Source: a virus (Duplodnaviria > Caudoviricetes). Taken from it: a stretch of DNA of 26,931 bases. The DNA lies in the IMG/VR virus record IMGVR_UViG_3300011338_000286, positions 1-26,931 of that record. The stretch is one strand, 5' to 3'. Shown here in pieces: positions 15,035 through 25,100 of the stretch (the first letter of the stretch is position 1; every line of letters starts with the position of its first letter). A program made the position numbers and the translations under genes. The notes beneath the pieces were generated by a model that was not told where the DNA came from, made no database searches, and saw only the letters and a program-made list of their open reading frames with translations.

Positions 15035-15163
15035 ATGAACAAAGGATCACACGCTCCAGCTCCAGTACAGCCAGTTAAGGTTGACACTAAGGCAGGATCA
15101 GTAAAAGGCGGCGAAGTAAAATTCGGTTATGCCGGACCAGCTCGCAAAGGCAAGAAGGCTTAA
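15035..15163 (+). CDS. 42-aa basic peptide (MNKGSHAPAPVQPVK...RKGKKA); not in ORF track
   Basis: Strong AAGGAGGT RBS. Confidence 0.75.
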   Translation: MNKGSHAPAPVQPVKVDTKAGSVKGGEVKFGYAGPARKGKKA

Positions 15164-15188
15164 TAACTACTGAAAGGTGTACAGGGTG

Positions 15189-15404
15189 ATGGAAGATGAC
15201 AAGATACGTCGCCCTGTACGCTGGACAGATCTGCTCGTTATATTAACGGAAACACTTTTTAATTTATCGCAAGTAATACAAACATTATTTGAGTCGCTAT
15301 ACGAACTCAGCATTTATCATTCTAATAGAACAACTCAGACCCACAAAGCGTGGGAAAAGATGTCACAAGATTTAGAAACATTACAGGAGGAAACAGATGG
15401 CTAG
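15189..15404 (+). CDS. Hypothetical protein, 71 aa
   Basis: ORF fills the gap; start ATG 15189 or GTG upstream. Confidence 0.6.
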   Translation: MEDDKIRRPVRWTDLLVILTETLFNLSQVIQTLFESLYELSIYHSNRTTQTHKAWEKMSQDLETLQEETDG

Positions 15405-15801
15405 AGGTCCACTCGCCGGTGCTTCAGGTCCTGGCAAGTTTTCAGCACGCACAGATTCAGGAACACCAGAAATGAAATTAGGCTCTATTGCCTATGGTGA
15501 AGGTAAAGAAACACAGGAGATTAAATCTGGCGCACCTCTTGCGTCTACTCCAGATGTTCGACCAACACCTGTAACTGCTGCAACACCCGCTACACCAGTG
15601 ACTTCACTGTTTGCAGAAACACAGCGCCCTGATGAACCAATTACTGCAGGTGTAGATGTCGGTATGGGTCCAGGATCCAACGCACTTATGCTTGGTAAAA
15701 CTACAGAAAAACTTTCCGATACCCTAGCCAAACTACTTCCCTTTGACACCACAGGTGAAATAACAATACTTTATCAGCAAGCCGCATCTAGAGGACTTTA
15801 A
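15397..15801 (+). CDS. Hypothetical virion-region protein, 134 aa
   Basis: AGGAGG RBS; Pro/Thr/Gly-rich. Confidence 0.75.
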   Translation: MARGPLAGASGPGKFSARTDSGTPEMKLGSIAYGEGKETQEIKSGAPLASTPDVRPTPVTAATPATPVTSLFAETQRPDEPITAGVDVGMGPGSNALMLGKTTEKLSDTLAKLLPFDTTGEITILYQQAASRGL

Positions 15802-18800
15802 TGCCTAGCACAAACCTAAAAATTGCTGGCACTCAGGCTCAATTAAATCCTAATGAAAAGAAACAAGTTGATGCTCTTTCAAACTTGCTCGATACTCACA
15901 AGTCTTTACTAGACTTACCTCCTGCTCAAGCGCAGCAAAAGTATAACCAGCTTCCTGCAGACCAGCAATCAGCACTTGTTGCCTTTAACGGACAAGAACC
16001 TGAAAAGAAACGTGGTTTCTGGGGTAGTGCCTGGCATTACACAGGTGGAACTGCACTTGCTGGCTTGCAAGAAGCATCTGACTTTATGACACGCCTTTAC
16101 CGTTTTGGTAAAGTTGGTGCTCAACTAGAGGCAGCACAACCTGGAAACCAATTAAAAGGTTTATCTGGGCTAAAGACTGCTTGGGATGCCGCAGGCGACA
16201 AAGGTGATTTGGTCTATGATCCGACTCGGATTGAAAAGGCCAAGGTAAAGTACACACCAGATCGCGTAAGCGTTGCAATCAAAGCAGCATCTGGTATTCC
16301 GCTTGATGAAATTATTGCTACTGGTACTGAAGCAGAAAAGCAAATTGCTGCCAAAGCAAACCAGAAGAAAGATCCATTATTCCAAGATGCTTACGATGCT
16401 GTAGTTGCAGCAAAGTATTCACCGGGCCGTGAACTTGCTAACGCAATTCTTCCTGAGTCCTTAGAAGGAACAGGCTTTTTATATAAGGGTATCTCTGGCG
16501 TCGGTGATGCAGCGTTTCGCTGGTACACAGATCCAACACTTATTCTTGGTAAAGCAAAGCAGGCTTACGACGCAGCTAACTATGCGCTACTTAAGATCGT
16601 TGGAGATCCTAAAAAACTAGATGCAGCCTTTACCAACCCAAAGGTAGTTGGTTTCTTTGATACATACGGCAAGGAACTTGATAACCTCAAGTCTGCTCGT
16701 GCATCTAAAAACATTGTTGCAGCAACTGAGGCCACTACTAAACTAAAGCGTATCGCTCCAGAATTTGGACCTGCTGCTATTGATGAGTTTATTAAGGCTG
16801 GCGTTAAGGATGCACCTACTGCTAAGAACTATCTAGCAAACATCATTGATGTTAAGACTATTCTTACAGGACAACCTGCTCGCAAAACTCCATTGATACC
16901 TCGATTAGATGCAGCACGTAAAGCACGCATCGCAATCTACACCGGAGCAGACAAAGTATTTAACATTGACAAGTCTGGGCGTAAGATTGTTGCAGCTTTG
17001 TATGGAACAGAACCGCAATACGCTGATATCGCAACAGGTTTAACTAACGATCCTACAAAGATCGCAGAACTAGAAGGCTTTATCTCCAAGTTCAAGGGGC
17101 CTACTGGTTCTATCCGTATGCCACTTGATGCTATTCAAGGTCGCATTGATAGATTCGCTGCAAAGTTTACTGCTATCCCATACTTCAAAGATGGTTTCTT
17201 TGATGTTATGTCTCCTACTGCTACAACTCAGGTATACCGCGTAGCACGCCTTGCTAACTCACGTTATCACAGCAAGATGATTGCAGAAGCATTTGATGCT
17301 GGTAGCGAAGGTCAACGCAAGCAGATCTTTACCGGTCTTTGGAATACTGTCGCAGAAATTCGTGGCGTATCTAAGACTAAAGCAGGCGCTTCCTATATGG
17401 ATCAGTTTGCCGGGCGTGGGCTTGAGAAGAAGTACGCAGCAGATATCGTTGTAGATGGCGTAAACAAGGGCAACCCTGCACAGTTCGGTGAACAGCAACT
17501 TGCTTTGTTTCCATATCAACTTTCATCTGGTATTGCAGTTCCATCTGTTACTGATCTAGATCGCCTATCTGTACGCTCAGGTATTATTGGCAAGATAATG
17601 GGTCTATCACACCACCGTTGGGTAGATAAAACCTTATCTCTTTGGGTTATTGGAACTCTTGCAGGTCCTCGATTTGCTATTCGTAACGCTACTGAAGACT
17701 TAATGATGCACCTAGCAGTAGGTGATTCAGCGTTTGGTATTGTAAAGGGCCGTGCTCTTTCAACACGTATTCGTCTTTCTAAAGGCTTAACTGCAGAAGA
17801 TAAACTAAAAGAAGTTGGCAAGAAGGCTCTTACTCTTGATCTTGAAGCAGGCGAAGTAGGCGTACTTAATAAATTAGTTCGTCGCAAAGATCTAAAGAAG
17901 TATGCAGGTCAGGTTGCAAAAGCACAGACTCCACAAGAAGTACGTCAAGTTATGGCTGATGCCATTCTTCACGATGGTCTTGGTCGCGTAGTTGACAAGA
18001 AGGGTTCAGAATACCTAGCAGAAATTGCTAAGTATGGAAACCTTGATGATACTCTTCGCGCTATTGCAGAAGGTGGTAAGAACGGCCTTCGCGGTGCAGA
18101 CCAGTATTTAGTTGCCACTAATGATGCTGCTCAGTTCGGCAAGATGGCAGCTATCGAAATTGATGGCGTTGCTTACAAGCAGGCTATGGGCGATAAAGCG
18201 TTTACTGAATTTAACCCTGTAGCAAACCAGCAGAGTCGCATATCTTGGCTTGTTCAATTAGGTGTTACATCTAATGATGATCTTGCAAAGATAGCAGTAC
18301 AGAATCTTGATGATGAACCTAAAGCATTGGAAGCAATGCGTGAGTATCTCCGCAACCTGTCTCCAAAAGAACGTTCTCGCTTCCAGCTTTATGATGAGTC
18401 AGTAGGCGGCAATATAAATGTCCACGCTAAGAAGGCATACGATGCAGTTCGTAACCTTTACTCAAAGCGTAACGGCGATATCAATATGGACCTTCTTAAT
18501 AAGGTTCGCTTTGTTGATAAAAAGGGTAACATAGTAGTCTCTACTAAGAACCTCAGCCTTGAAGATCTACCTAACAAGATGAGTGTAGAGTTAACTCCAG
18601 AGTTTATCTCAGGCCCAACATTGGTTCCAGTATCAGATACCGGCAACTTCGCAGTTAGCCTAACTGATAAGGCTTGGGATGCAATGGGTGAGGCTAATGC
18701 CCGGTTCTCACGTGAACCTATTGTTATTAACGAGATGATTCGTATCCGCAAGGAAATGGCAGAGTCTGGTTTTGAAGAACGCTTTGTCAACGCTCTTACA

Positions 18801-20495
18801 GAAGGTCTAGATGGTGATGATCTTCAGTTTGCTTTAACAAACGCAAAGAAAGAAATCGTTGCTATTACTGAAGAGTTAGCAAAGAATAGAGTTCTTGCTT
18901 TCGTAGATAACCCTGCAGTTCGTAGCCAGTTGGCTATGGCTAGCCGTAACTTTGCACGCTTCTATCGTGCAACTGAAGACTTCTATCGTCGTGTATATCG
19001 CACAGTTCGATACAACCCAGAGTCTTTGCGTCGCTTGTCTCTTACATACGAAGGTGTAACCCACTCAGGTTTTGTACAGCAAGACGATAATGGCGAACCA
19101 TACTTCTTCTATCCAGGGTTAACTCCTGTATACAAGGTAATGAGCGATGTAGCACAAGTGTTTGGCGCACCAGAGGCTTTCCAAGCCCCTATGCCAGTTG
19201 AGTTCGGTGGCAAGTTAAAGATGCTTACCCCTTCTATGAATCCAGACTCTTTGTTCCCAACATTTGCTGGTCCTATTGCAGCAATACCAATGAAGTTTGT
19301 ATTTAATGCAGTTCCTGCTCTTGATAAATTTGAGAAAGCAATTCTTGGTGCATACGCTGAGGATCAGCCAATGGTCAACGCTATATTCCCTGCACACTTG
19401 ACTAGATTTATAGCAACCCTAGATCGTAATGAACGCCAGTCCCAGTATGCTTCAGCCTTCCGTAAGGGAGCAACATATATTGAGGCTACAGGACACGGTC
19501 TAAAGCCAACATTTGATCCACAAACCGGTGAATGGATACCACCTTCACCAGCAGATTTAATGAAACACAAAGAAAGACTTGGCGCTGCTACAGTCACTGT
19601 TCTTGCTATGCGTTTTCTATTTGGTTTCTTTGCACCAGCCTCCCCACAGATAACACTCAAGTCTGATATGGCTGAATGGGCCAGAGCAAACCAGCGCGTT
19701 AACTTCAAACAGGTATTTAATAACCTTATCAAACAGTACAACGGCAGTATTGATAAAGCTACAGAAGAATGGATCCGTTTATTTCCAGACCAGATGCCAT
19801 ACACTGTATCTGAATCAGATGACAATGTGGTGCCAGTGGTACGTGCAGTTGATAAGACTGTAAACTGGATTGATAAGAACGAGAAGTTGCTTAACGCCTA
19901 TCCAGCAGCAGCACCATTCTTAATGCCAAAAGAAGGCGACTTTGACTTTGATGCTTATCGTTTGCTATTCAAGTCTGGTATTAAGTTCAGCAAGACTCTA
20001 GATGACCACTTGCAAGATATTCAATCTGCTCGTGATGTACAGTTCTATTACCAGCAAAAAGACTCTTACGAAGAGGAACTTGCTAATACCTATAACGATG
20101 CTCAAAAGACACAGTTGAAAACTATGTGGGATACCTGGTCAAAGCAGTTTAAGGGTGCTCGACCAGTGCTTCAGGCTGAACTAGGTCAAGGTGCTGAGCG
20201 TCAAAGAGCACGTCAGATTGCTTACCAAGATTTGCAGAATATGATCGAAGGGCCACAAGCAGCATTGGCTCGCAAGTCAGATCCTGCAGCATTTGACTCG
20301 CTGAAGAAGATGTCTGAGATCTACGATAACTATATCTATAGTCGTGATCTAGTCGTTGGTTCAAGTGCAACAGCATCTGCTTACAAGGACTTGCTCAAGC
20401 AGAACGCAAAGTTTGCACTTCAGGAAATCGCATCTAAGAACCCTAACGCAGAAGATGCGTACAATGTTCTATTTTCAAGACTAATTGGAGACTAA
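15801..20495 (+). CDS. Very large (1564 aa) probable internal virion / DNA-ejection protein
   Basis: Long helical ORF in the head module with no tape-measure periodicity seen; function inferred from size and position. Confidence 0.6.
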   Translation: MPSTNLKIAGTQAQLNPNEKKQVDALSNLLDTHKSLLDLPPAQAQQKYNQLPADQQSALVAFNGQEPEKKRGFWGSAWHYTGGTALAGLQEASDFMTRLYRFGKVGAQLEAAQPGNQLKGLSGLKTAWDAAGDKGDLVYDPTRIEKAKVKYTPDRVSVAIKAASGIPLDEIIATGTEAEKQIAAKANQKKDPLFQDAYDAVVAAKYSPGRELANAILPESLEGTGFLYKGISGVGDAAFRWYTDPTLILGKAKQAYDAANYALLKIVGDPKKLDAAFTNPKVVGFFDTYGKELDNLKSARASKNIVAATEATTKLKRIAPEFGPAAIDEFIKAGVKDAPTAKNYLANIIDVKTILTGQPARKTPLIPRLDAARKARIAIYTGADKVFNIDKSGRKIVAALYGTEPQYADIATGLTNDPTKIAELEGFISKFKGPTGSIRMPLDAIQGRIDRFAAKFTAIPYFKDGFFDVMSPTATTQVYRVARLANSRYHSKMIAEAFDAGSEGQRKQIFTGLWNTVAEIRGVSKTKAGASYMDQFAGRGLEKKYAADIVVDGVNKGNPAQFGEQQLALFPYQLSSGIAVPSVTDLDRLSVRSGIIGKIMGLSHHRWVDKTLSLWVIGTLAGPRFAIRNATEDLMMHLAVGDSAFGIVKGRALSTRIRLSKGLTAEDKLKEVGKKALTLDLEAGEVGVLNKLVRRKDLKKYAGQVAKAQTPQEVRQVMADAILHDGLGRVVDKKGSEYLAEIAKYGNLDDTLRAIAEGGKNGLRGADQYLVATNDAAQFGKMAAIEIDGVAYKQAMGDKAFTEFNPVANQQSRISWLVQLGVTSNDDLAKIAVQNLDDEPKALEAMREYLRNLSPKERSRFQLYDESVGGNINVHAKKAYDAVRNLYSKRNGDINMDLLNKVRFVDKKGNIVVSTKNLSLEDLPNKMSVELTPEFISGPTLVPVSDTGNFAVSLTDKAWDAMGEANARFSREPIVINEMIRIRKEMAESGFEERFVNALTEGLDGDDLQFALTNAKKEIVAITEELAKNRVLAFVDNPAVRSQLAMASRNFARFYRATEDFYRRVYRTVRYNPESLRRLSLTYEGVTHSGFVQQDDNGEPYFFYPGLTPVYKVMSDVAQVFGAPEAFQAPMPVEFGGKLKMLTPSMNPDSLFPTFAGPIAAIPMKFVFNAVPALDKFEKAILGAYAEDQPMVNAIFPAHLTRFIATLDRNERQSQYASAFRKGATYIEATGHGLKPTFDPQTGEWIPPSPADLMKHKERLGAATVTVLAMRFLFGFFAPASPQITLKSDMAEWARANQRVNFKQVFNNLIKQYNGSIDKATEEWIRLFPDQMPYTVSESDDNVVPVVRAVDKTVNWIDKNEKLLNAYPAAAPFLMPKEGDFDFDAYRLLFKSGIKFSKTLDDHLQDIQSARDVQFYYQQKDSYEEELANTYNDAQKTQLKTMWDTWSKQFKGARPVLQAELGQGAERQRARQIAYQDLQNMIEGPQAALARKSDPAAFDSLKKMSEIYDNYIYSRDLVVGSSATASAYKDLLKQNAKFALQEIASKNPNAEDAYNVLFSRLIGD

Positions 20496-20496
20496 A

Positions 20497-21612
20497 TTGG
20501 CAGAGACTGGCTTCTTTAACAACTGGAAGAATGGTTATATCCCACCTGTATCCACTATGTCTTCAACCACCCCAGATCCATACGGTGGATTTAAGTCTGG
20601 GAACCAAGCACAGTCAAGCATAGATCCAACCGCTGTAGATCTTTACAATATGACAGATGCTGATCGTAAAGAACTTTCAGCACTTCTTAAAAAGGCTGGA
20701 TACAGAATATCGGTCAGTGGTAAATACACCGATAAATTAGCAACTGCTTACGCAGCAGCAGCACAGGCAACTGCTTTACAGTCAGCAAAACTTGGCAGAA
20801 CTTTTACCGTAAGAGAATACTTAACACAAGAGTTTACTCCTAGTGCTGAAACTGGAGCACCTTCTATCCGCGAGGATATCCAGATATGGGATCCTACTAA
20901 GGCTGCCGGTGCAATCCAAGATGTAGTTTCAGCGTTAGTCGGTCGAGAAGCCACACCACAGGAAGTTGCGTTCCTTTCTAACAAACTTAAAGCAGCACAA
21001 GAAAAGGCTGCTACTCGCACCCAGTATGTAACTAAAGGCGGTAAGACAACTGCTAAGGTTACCGGTGGTTTAGATGAGCAACAATTCCTTATTGAAACTA
21101 TTCAAAAGGATAGCAAGTTTAAGACAGAACTTGATGCAATTAAAGCCAAGAAGAAAACAGCGGAAGAAAGTGCAGCAGCTGGAGTACGCCAAGACCTTAC
21201 AAGAACAGCACTGGCTAATGGTCTAAGACTAGACGAAGATCAGTTAGCAACCTTTGAACAGCGCCTAAAGGCTGGCGAAGATATTGATGCTATCAAGACA
21301 ACTATCCGTAGAACAGCAGCCCTTGGTATGCCAGACTCAGTAAAGCAGATTGTTGATTCAGGCGTAGATCTATCTACTGTTTATTCTCCTTACCGCAGTA
21401 TCTTGGCGCAGACACTAGAGATTAACCCGAACTCCATTAGCCTTGATGACCCAACGTTACGTATGGCTATTGGGCCTGATAAGGAAATGTCTTTATACGA
21501 ATACCAAAGAGCGCTTCGCAAAGACAATCGCTGGCAATACACAGACCAAGCACGTGCAGAGGCGGCAGATGTTGCCAAGACTGTACTCAAAGACTTCGGA
21601 TTTATGGGGTAA
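20497..21612 (+). CDS. Probable internal virion protein
   Basis: GGAG RBS before TTG 20497; Ala/Lys/Thr-rich helical protein. Confidence 0.55.
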   Translation: MAETGFFNNWKNGYIPPVSTMSSTTPDPYGGFKSGNQAQSSIDPTAVDLYNMTDADRKELSALLKKAGYRISVSGKYTDKLATAYAAAAQATALQSAKLGRTFTVREYLTQEFTPSAETGAPSIREDIQIWDPTKAAGAIQDVVSALVGREATPQEVAFLSNKLKAAQEKAATRTQYVTKGGKTTAKVTGGLDEQQFLIETIQKDSKFKTELDAIKAKKKTAEESAAAGVRQDLTRTALANGLRLDEDQLATFEQRLKAGEDIDAIKTTIRRTAALGMPDSVKQIVDSGVDLSTVYSPYRSILAQTLEINPNSISLDDPTLRMAIGPDKEMSLYEYQRALRKDNRWQYTDQARAEAADVAKTVLKDFGFMG

Positions 21613-22761
21613 ATGATGGCAAGAGTAGACGTATCACGCCTAAGTGAAGGCACTATAGCTCCCACTAAACTGATTACCAATAACCTTGGTGAAGAGGTGC
21701 GTGTATACACTTCTGGCCCATTAGCCGGTCGTGACGCATCAGGCAACGTAGTTATTGAGCAAGCAGAACAGGTATTTCAACCATTCAAAACTGGTACTCC
21801 TACTGTAACTAAAACTACAGCGACTACCACAACTGAAGACCTTCTTGCAAAGCAAGAGGCAGATCGTATTGCAGAGGCATCTCGCCGTGATCGCCAGTCT
21901 GCTTATGACATTCTTTACAATGAGTTTAATAAGTACGGATTAAGTGGATTAGTAGAAGACATCAAATACCTTTTACAGTCTAATGTGTCACCATCGCAAT
22001 TTTCTATTGAACTACAAAATAAACCAGCTTACCAAAATCGCTTTGCTGCAAATAAGGAAAGAATTGCCAAAGGATTATCTGCCCTATCTCCAGCCGAGTA
22101 TATTGCATTAGAAGACCAGTACCAGAATGTTATGCGTAACTATGGATTACCGGAGTCTTACTACTCAAAGGACACAACTGGTAAGCAAGTAGGTTTTGAA
22201 AAGTTCTTGGCTGGCGATGTTAGCCCGGTAGAACTTGAGAACCGTATTCTTACCGCACAAGACCGAGTACTAAAGGCTAACCCACAGGTACTTGATACTC
22301 TCAAGGCTTTCTACGGTGATGCTATTACTAATGGCGATATCTTGGCTTACAGCCTTGATCCTAAGAACGCACTCAAGGATATTCAGCGTAAGGTAACTGC
22401 AGCTGAAATCGGTGGTGCAGCAGCCGCTGCAGGACTAAGCCTTGGTAAGACACCAGAGCAGATTGCAGCATCAGAGGCAAGAGCACAGATGCTTGCAGGT
22501 TACGGTGTAACTAAACAGCAGGCTACGACTGGATTCCAGACAGTAGCAGAAACTGCGCCACGCGCTAGCCAACTATCTGAGTTCTACAACCGCCCTACAT
22601 ACGGACAGATGGAAGCCGAACAAGAAGTATTTAATCTTGAAGGCGCAGCCGCTGCACGTAAGCAGCGCAAAGAACTTGTTGGTTTAGAAAAAGCAACGTT
22701 TAGCGCTAAAGCTGGGGCATCAAAAGGCGCTCTAAATCAAGAACGAGCCGGCAACCTATAA
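21613..22761 (+). CDS. Probable internal virion protein
   Basis: 382-aa helical ORF abutting the previous gene. Confidence 0.55.
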   Translation: MMARVDVSRLSEGTIAPTKLITNNLGEEVRVYTSGPLAGRDASGNVVIEQAEQVFQPFKTGTPTVTKTTATTTTEDLLAKQEADRIAEASRRDRQSAYDILYNEFNKYGLSGLVEDIKYLLQSNVSPSQFSIELQNKPAYQNRFAANKERIAKGLSALSPAEYIALEDQYQNVMRNYGLPESYYSKDTTGKQVGFEKFLAGDVSPVELENRILTAQDRVLKANPQVLDTLKAFYGDAITNGDILAYSLDPKNALKDIQRKVTAAEIGGAAAAAGLSLGKTPEQIAASEARAQMLAGYGVTKQQATTGFQTVAETAPRASQLSEFYNRPTYGQMEAEQEVFNLEGAAAARKQRKELVGLEKATFSAKAGASKGALNQERAGNL

Positions 22762-22881
22762 CAGACCTGCCATTGGAACGACTGGCCCAATGGAGTGTAG
22801 TAAGACCAGGAGTCAGAGCCATACCAAACCCCCATTTGGATATGAGGCTGGCGAAATCAACTAACGATAGGGAGATGGACT

Positions 22882-23355
22882 ATGTCCAATTACGAGTACG
22901 AGGATGAAGACGACGATATCACTACAAACGATTCGTCGAATGACCTTGTAAAACAACTACGCAAAGCAGCCAAGCAAAAGGATAAAGAACTACAGGAACT
23001 TCGTTCCCAGTTTGAAACCTTGAGCAAGGGCCAACGCGAGCGAACAATCAAGGATGCCCTCGCAGCTCGCGGGGTAAATCAGAAGATCGCTTCATTTATC
23101 CCACAGGACATTGACCCAACTGAAGAGTCGGTGTCTAAATGGCTAGAGGCCAATGCAGATGTATTCGGCATTGAACTCTCGTCGAACCAGAACCAACCTA
23201 ATGCAGATCCAGCAGATATTGCTGCGTATAAGCGTATGACCGGAGCCGCAGATGCAGGTATGTCACCTGAACGCGGAGCCGATGTTATGTCTCGCTTAAT
23301 GAACGCTAATAGCAAAGAAGAGCTGGACGACATTATTAGGCAATCTGGACTCTAA
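22882..23355 (+). CDS. Capsid scaffolding protein
   Basis: Acidic N-terminus, coiled coil (LVKQLRKAAKQKDKELQELRSQ), immediately before the capsid gene. Confidence 0.8.
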   Translation: MSNYEYEDEDDDITTNDSSNDLVKQLRKAAKQKDKELQELRSQFETLSKGQRERTIKDALAARGVNQKIASFIPQDIDPTEESVSKWLEANADVFGIELSSNQNQPNADPADIAAYKRMTGAADAGMSPERGADVMSRLMNANSKEELDDIIRQSGL

Positions 23356-23383
23356 CCTCCACAACAACGAAAGGTAACACCTA

Positions 23384-24313
23384 ATGGCAATTCCAGCAGG
23401 TTCCTTAACCGGAACATCGGACATTAGCAACCTCGTCAGAACCGCATACGATCAATATGTTCGTATGGCTCTTCGTAGCATCCCGGTAATGCGTGCCATT
23501 GCAGATGTCAAGCCAGTACAACAGGCGATGCCAGGTTCATCAGTTGTGTTCTCTATCTATTCAGATCTTGCACAAGCAACATCTACATTGACAGAAACAT
23601 CAGATGTATCAAGCATTGCACTAGGTAACCCAAATCAGGTTACAGTAACTCTGAACGAATACGGTTCAGCAGTAACAACAACTAAGAAGTTGAACCTAAC
23701 TTCATTCAACGATGTTGACTCAGCACTTGCTGACATCATCGCTTACAACTCAGCAGACTCTATTGACTCTGTAGTTGCAACAGTTCTCACAGGTGGCTCA
23801 AACGTCATCTACGCAGGAACTGCTACAACAACCAACACCATTACATCTTCGATGACAATGGCTGTTGCTGATATCCGTGAGGCTGTAACTCAGCTTCGCA
23901 CAAACAAGGCTGTGCCACGTATCAATGACTTGTACGCTGCATACCTACACCCACGTCAGGCTGCTGACCTCCGTGCCGAATCAGGCACTGGCGGATTCCA
24001 GGCATTGACACAGTACGTAGACCGCACACCATTCGTGGCTGGTGCAGTTGGCGTAATCGAAGGTGCATTTGTAGTTGAGACACCTCGCGTGCCTTTCGCT
24101 GCAAACTCAGGATCAGTTAACGTCTATAAGGCTGTTATCGCTGGTCGTGAAGCACTTGCTGAAGCACAGGGTCAAGACATCTCTACCATCATTGGACCAG
24201 AGATTGATGCACTCCGTCGCTTCCGTACCATCGGTTGGTACTATATGGGTGGCTTTGCACGCCTCCGTGAAGCAGCACTCTATCGCATTGAGTCAGCTTC
24301 ATCTATTAACTAA
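23384..24313 (+). CDS. Major capsid protein (HK97 fold, N4-gp56-like)
   Basis: VTVTLNEYG, YLHPRQAADLR, GVIEGAFVVET, DALRRFRTIGWY, LREAALYRIES; strong codon bias. Confidence 0.9.
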   Translation: MAIPAGSLTGTSDISNLVRTAYDQYVRMALRSIPVMRAIADVKPVQQAMPGSSVVFSIYSDLAQATSTLTETSDVSSIALGNPNQVTVTLNEYGSAVTTTKKLNLTSFNDVDSALADIIAYNSADSIDSVVATVLTGGSNVIYAGTATTTNTITSSMTMAVADIREAVTQLRTNKAVPRINDLYAAYLHPRQAADLRAESGTGGFQALTQYVDRTPFVAGAVGVIEGAFVVETPRVPFAANSGSVNVYKAVIAGREALAEAQGQDISTIIGPEIDALRRFRTIGWYYMGGFARLREAALYRIESASSIN

Positions 24314-24322
24314 TAGTGCAAC

Positions 24323-24352
24323 GGTGGGGGCAGGGTCAAACCTGCCTCCATC
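24323..24352 (+). terminator. Hairpin after the capsid gene (terminator or mRNA-stabilising stem, no U-tract)
   Basis: GGTGGGGGCAGG / CCTGCCTCCATC, 12-bp stem with two G-U pairs. Confidence 0.7.
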
Positions 24353-24369
24353 ACAACGAAAGGAATACA

Positions 24370-24693
24370 ATGGCATACACACTTGTAACACCTTGGGAGA
24401 ATGAAACTTGGTGCGATAGCACTTACTTCAATCCCTATGCTCGCCTTGCGGGGCGACCACTAGCAGGTGGTTCTTACACAGGTGCTATTCCATCATTCCT
24501 TACAGATGTTCCACGCGGAGTAACTCTTCTAGTAAACGGTTCTACCGTTACTGAAAGCAGAACTCCTTATCAGGATGACTTGGCAAACGCTGACACCTAC
24601 TACCTCGGTGGTCACGCTTACACGCTAACTGATGCTGAAGCACAAGTTCTTATTGACGCTGGTTACAGCGCTTACCTAACACCGGTGGCCTAG
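24370..24693 (+). CDS. Hypothetical virion protein, 107 aa
   Basis: GAAAGGA RBS; YYLGGHAYTLTDAEAQVLIDAGY. Confidence 0.75.
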   Translation: MAYTLVTPWENETWCDSTYFNPYARLAGRPLAGGSYTGAIPSFLTDVPRGVTLLVNGSTVTESRTPYQDDLANADTYYLGGHAYTLTDAEAQVLIDAGYSAYLTPVA

Positions 24694-24959
24694 TGAAGCA
24701 TCTAGAGACACATCCTGAAGAAGTAGCCAACTGCTTTGGCTGCAAGGTAATGGGCTTAGAGATGAGCGCAGGGGCAGCAAGCAGTCGTGGTATCCAGAGC
24801 ACAAAGGCTCACGATAAAGAACTTGGTGCCTATTACGACGCAGTGCGTCAGGGTATCGAACCGCGTTCTACTAGACAGCCTGATATTGATTCGGCAGTCA
24901 GAATTTCCAACGACGGTGGCAAAGCCTTTGATGGAACTAACCTCCCATACAAGGAGTAA
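24693..24959 (+). CDS. Hypothetical protein with H...H...CFGC motif
   Basis: TAGTG coupling; HLETHPEEVANCFGCK. Confidence 0.7.
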   Translation: MKHLETHPEEVANCFGCKVMGLEMSAGAASSRGIQSTKAHDKELGAYYDAVRQGIEPRSTRQPDIDSAVRISNDGGKAFDGTNLPYKE

Positions 24960-24962
24960 CAA

Positions 24963-25100
24963 ATGGCAGACAAAAAAGTAGTTATTGTCCAGAATGTTGA
25001 CGAGGCAGAATACTACCCTTCAGCAGACAAGCAGTTCGATAGCAACCGCAAGTATATGACTTACGAGTCAATCTCTACAGGCGTCGGTGGCAAGAAGTAA
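24963..25100 (+). CDS. 45-aa hypothetical protein (MADKKVVIVQNVDEAEYYP...); not in ORF track
   Basis: AAGGAG RBS, TAATG coupling downstream. Confidence 0.75.
   Translation: MADKKVVIVQNVDEAEYYPSADKQFDSNRKYMTYESISTGVGGKK

Noticed and set aside
15801-20495. Tape measure protein or virion RNA polymerase
   Set aside because: No adjacent tail tube or chaperone genes and no periodicity seen; no RNA polymerase catalytic motif recognised by eye
22762-22860. HDV-like ribozyme (GGCGAA after a long hairpin)
   Set aside because: Could not build the P1/P2/P3 nested double pseudoknot; no partner for the putative P2 3' strand
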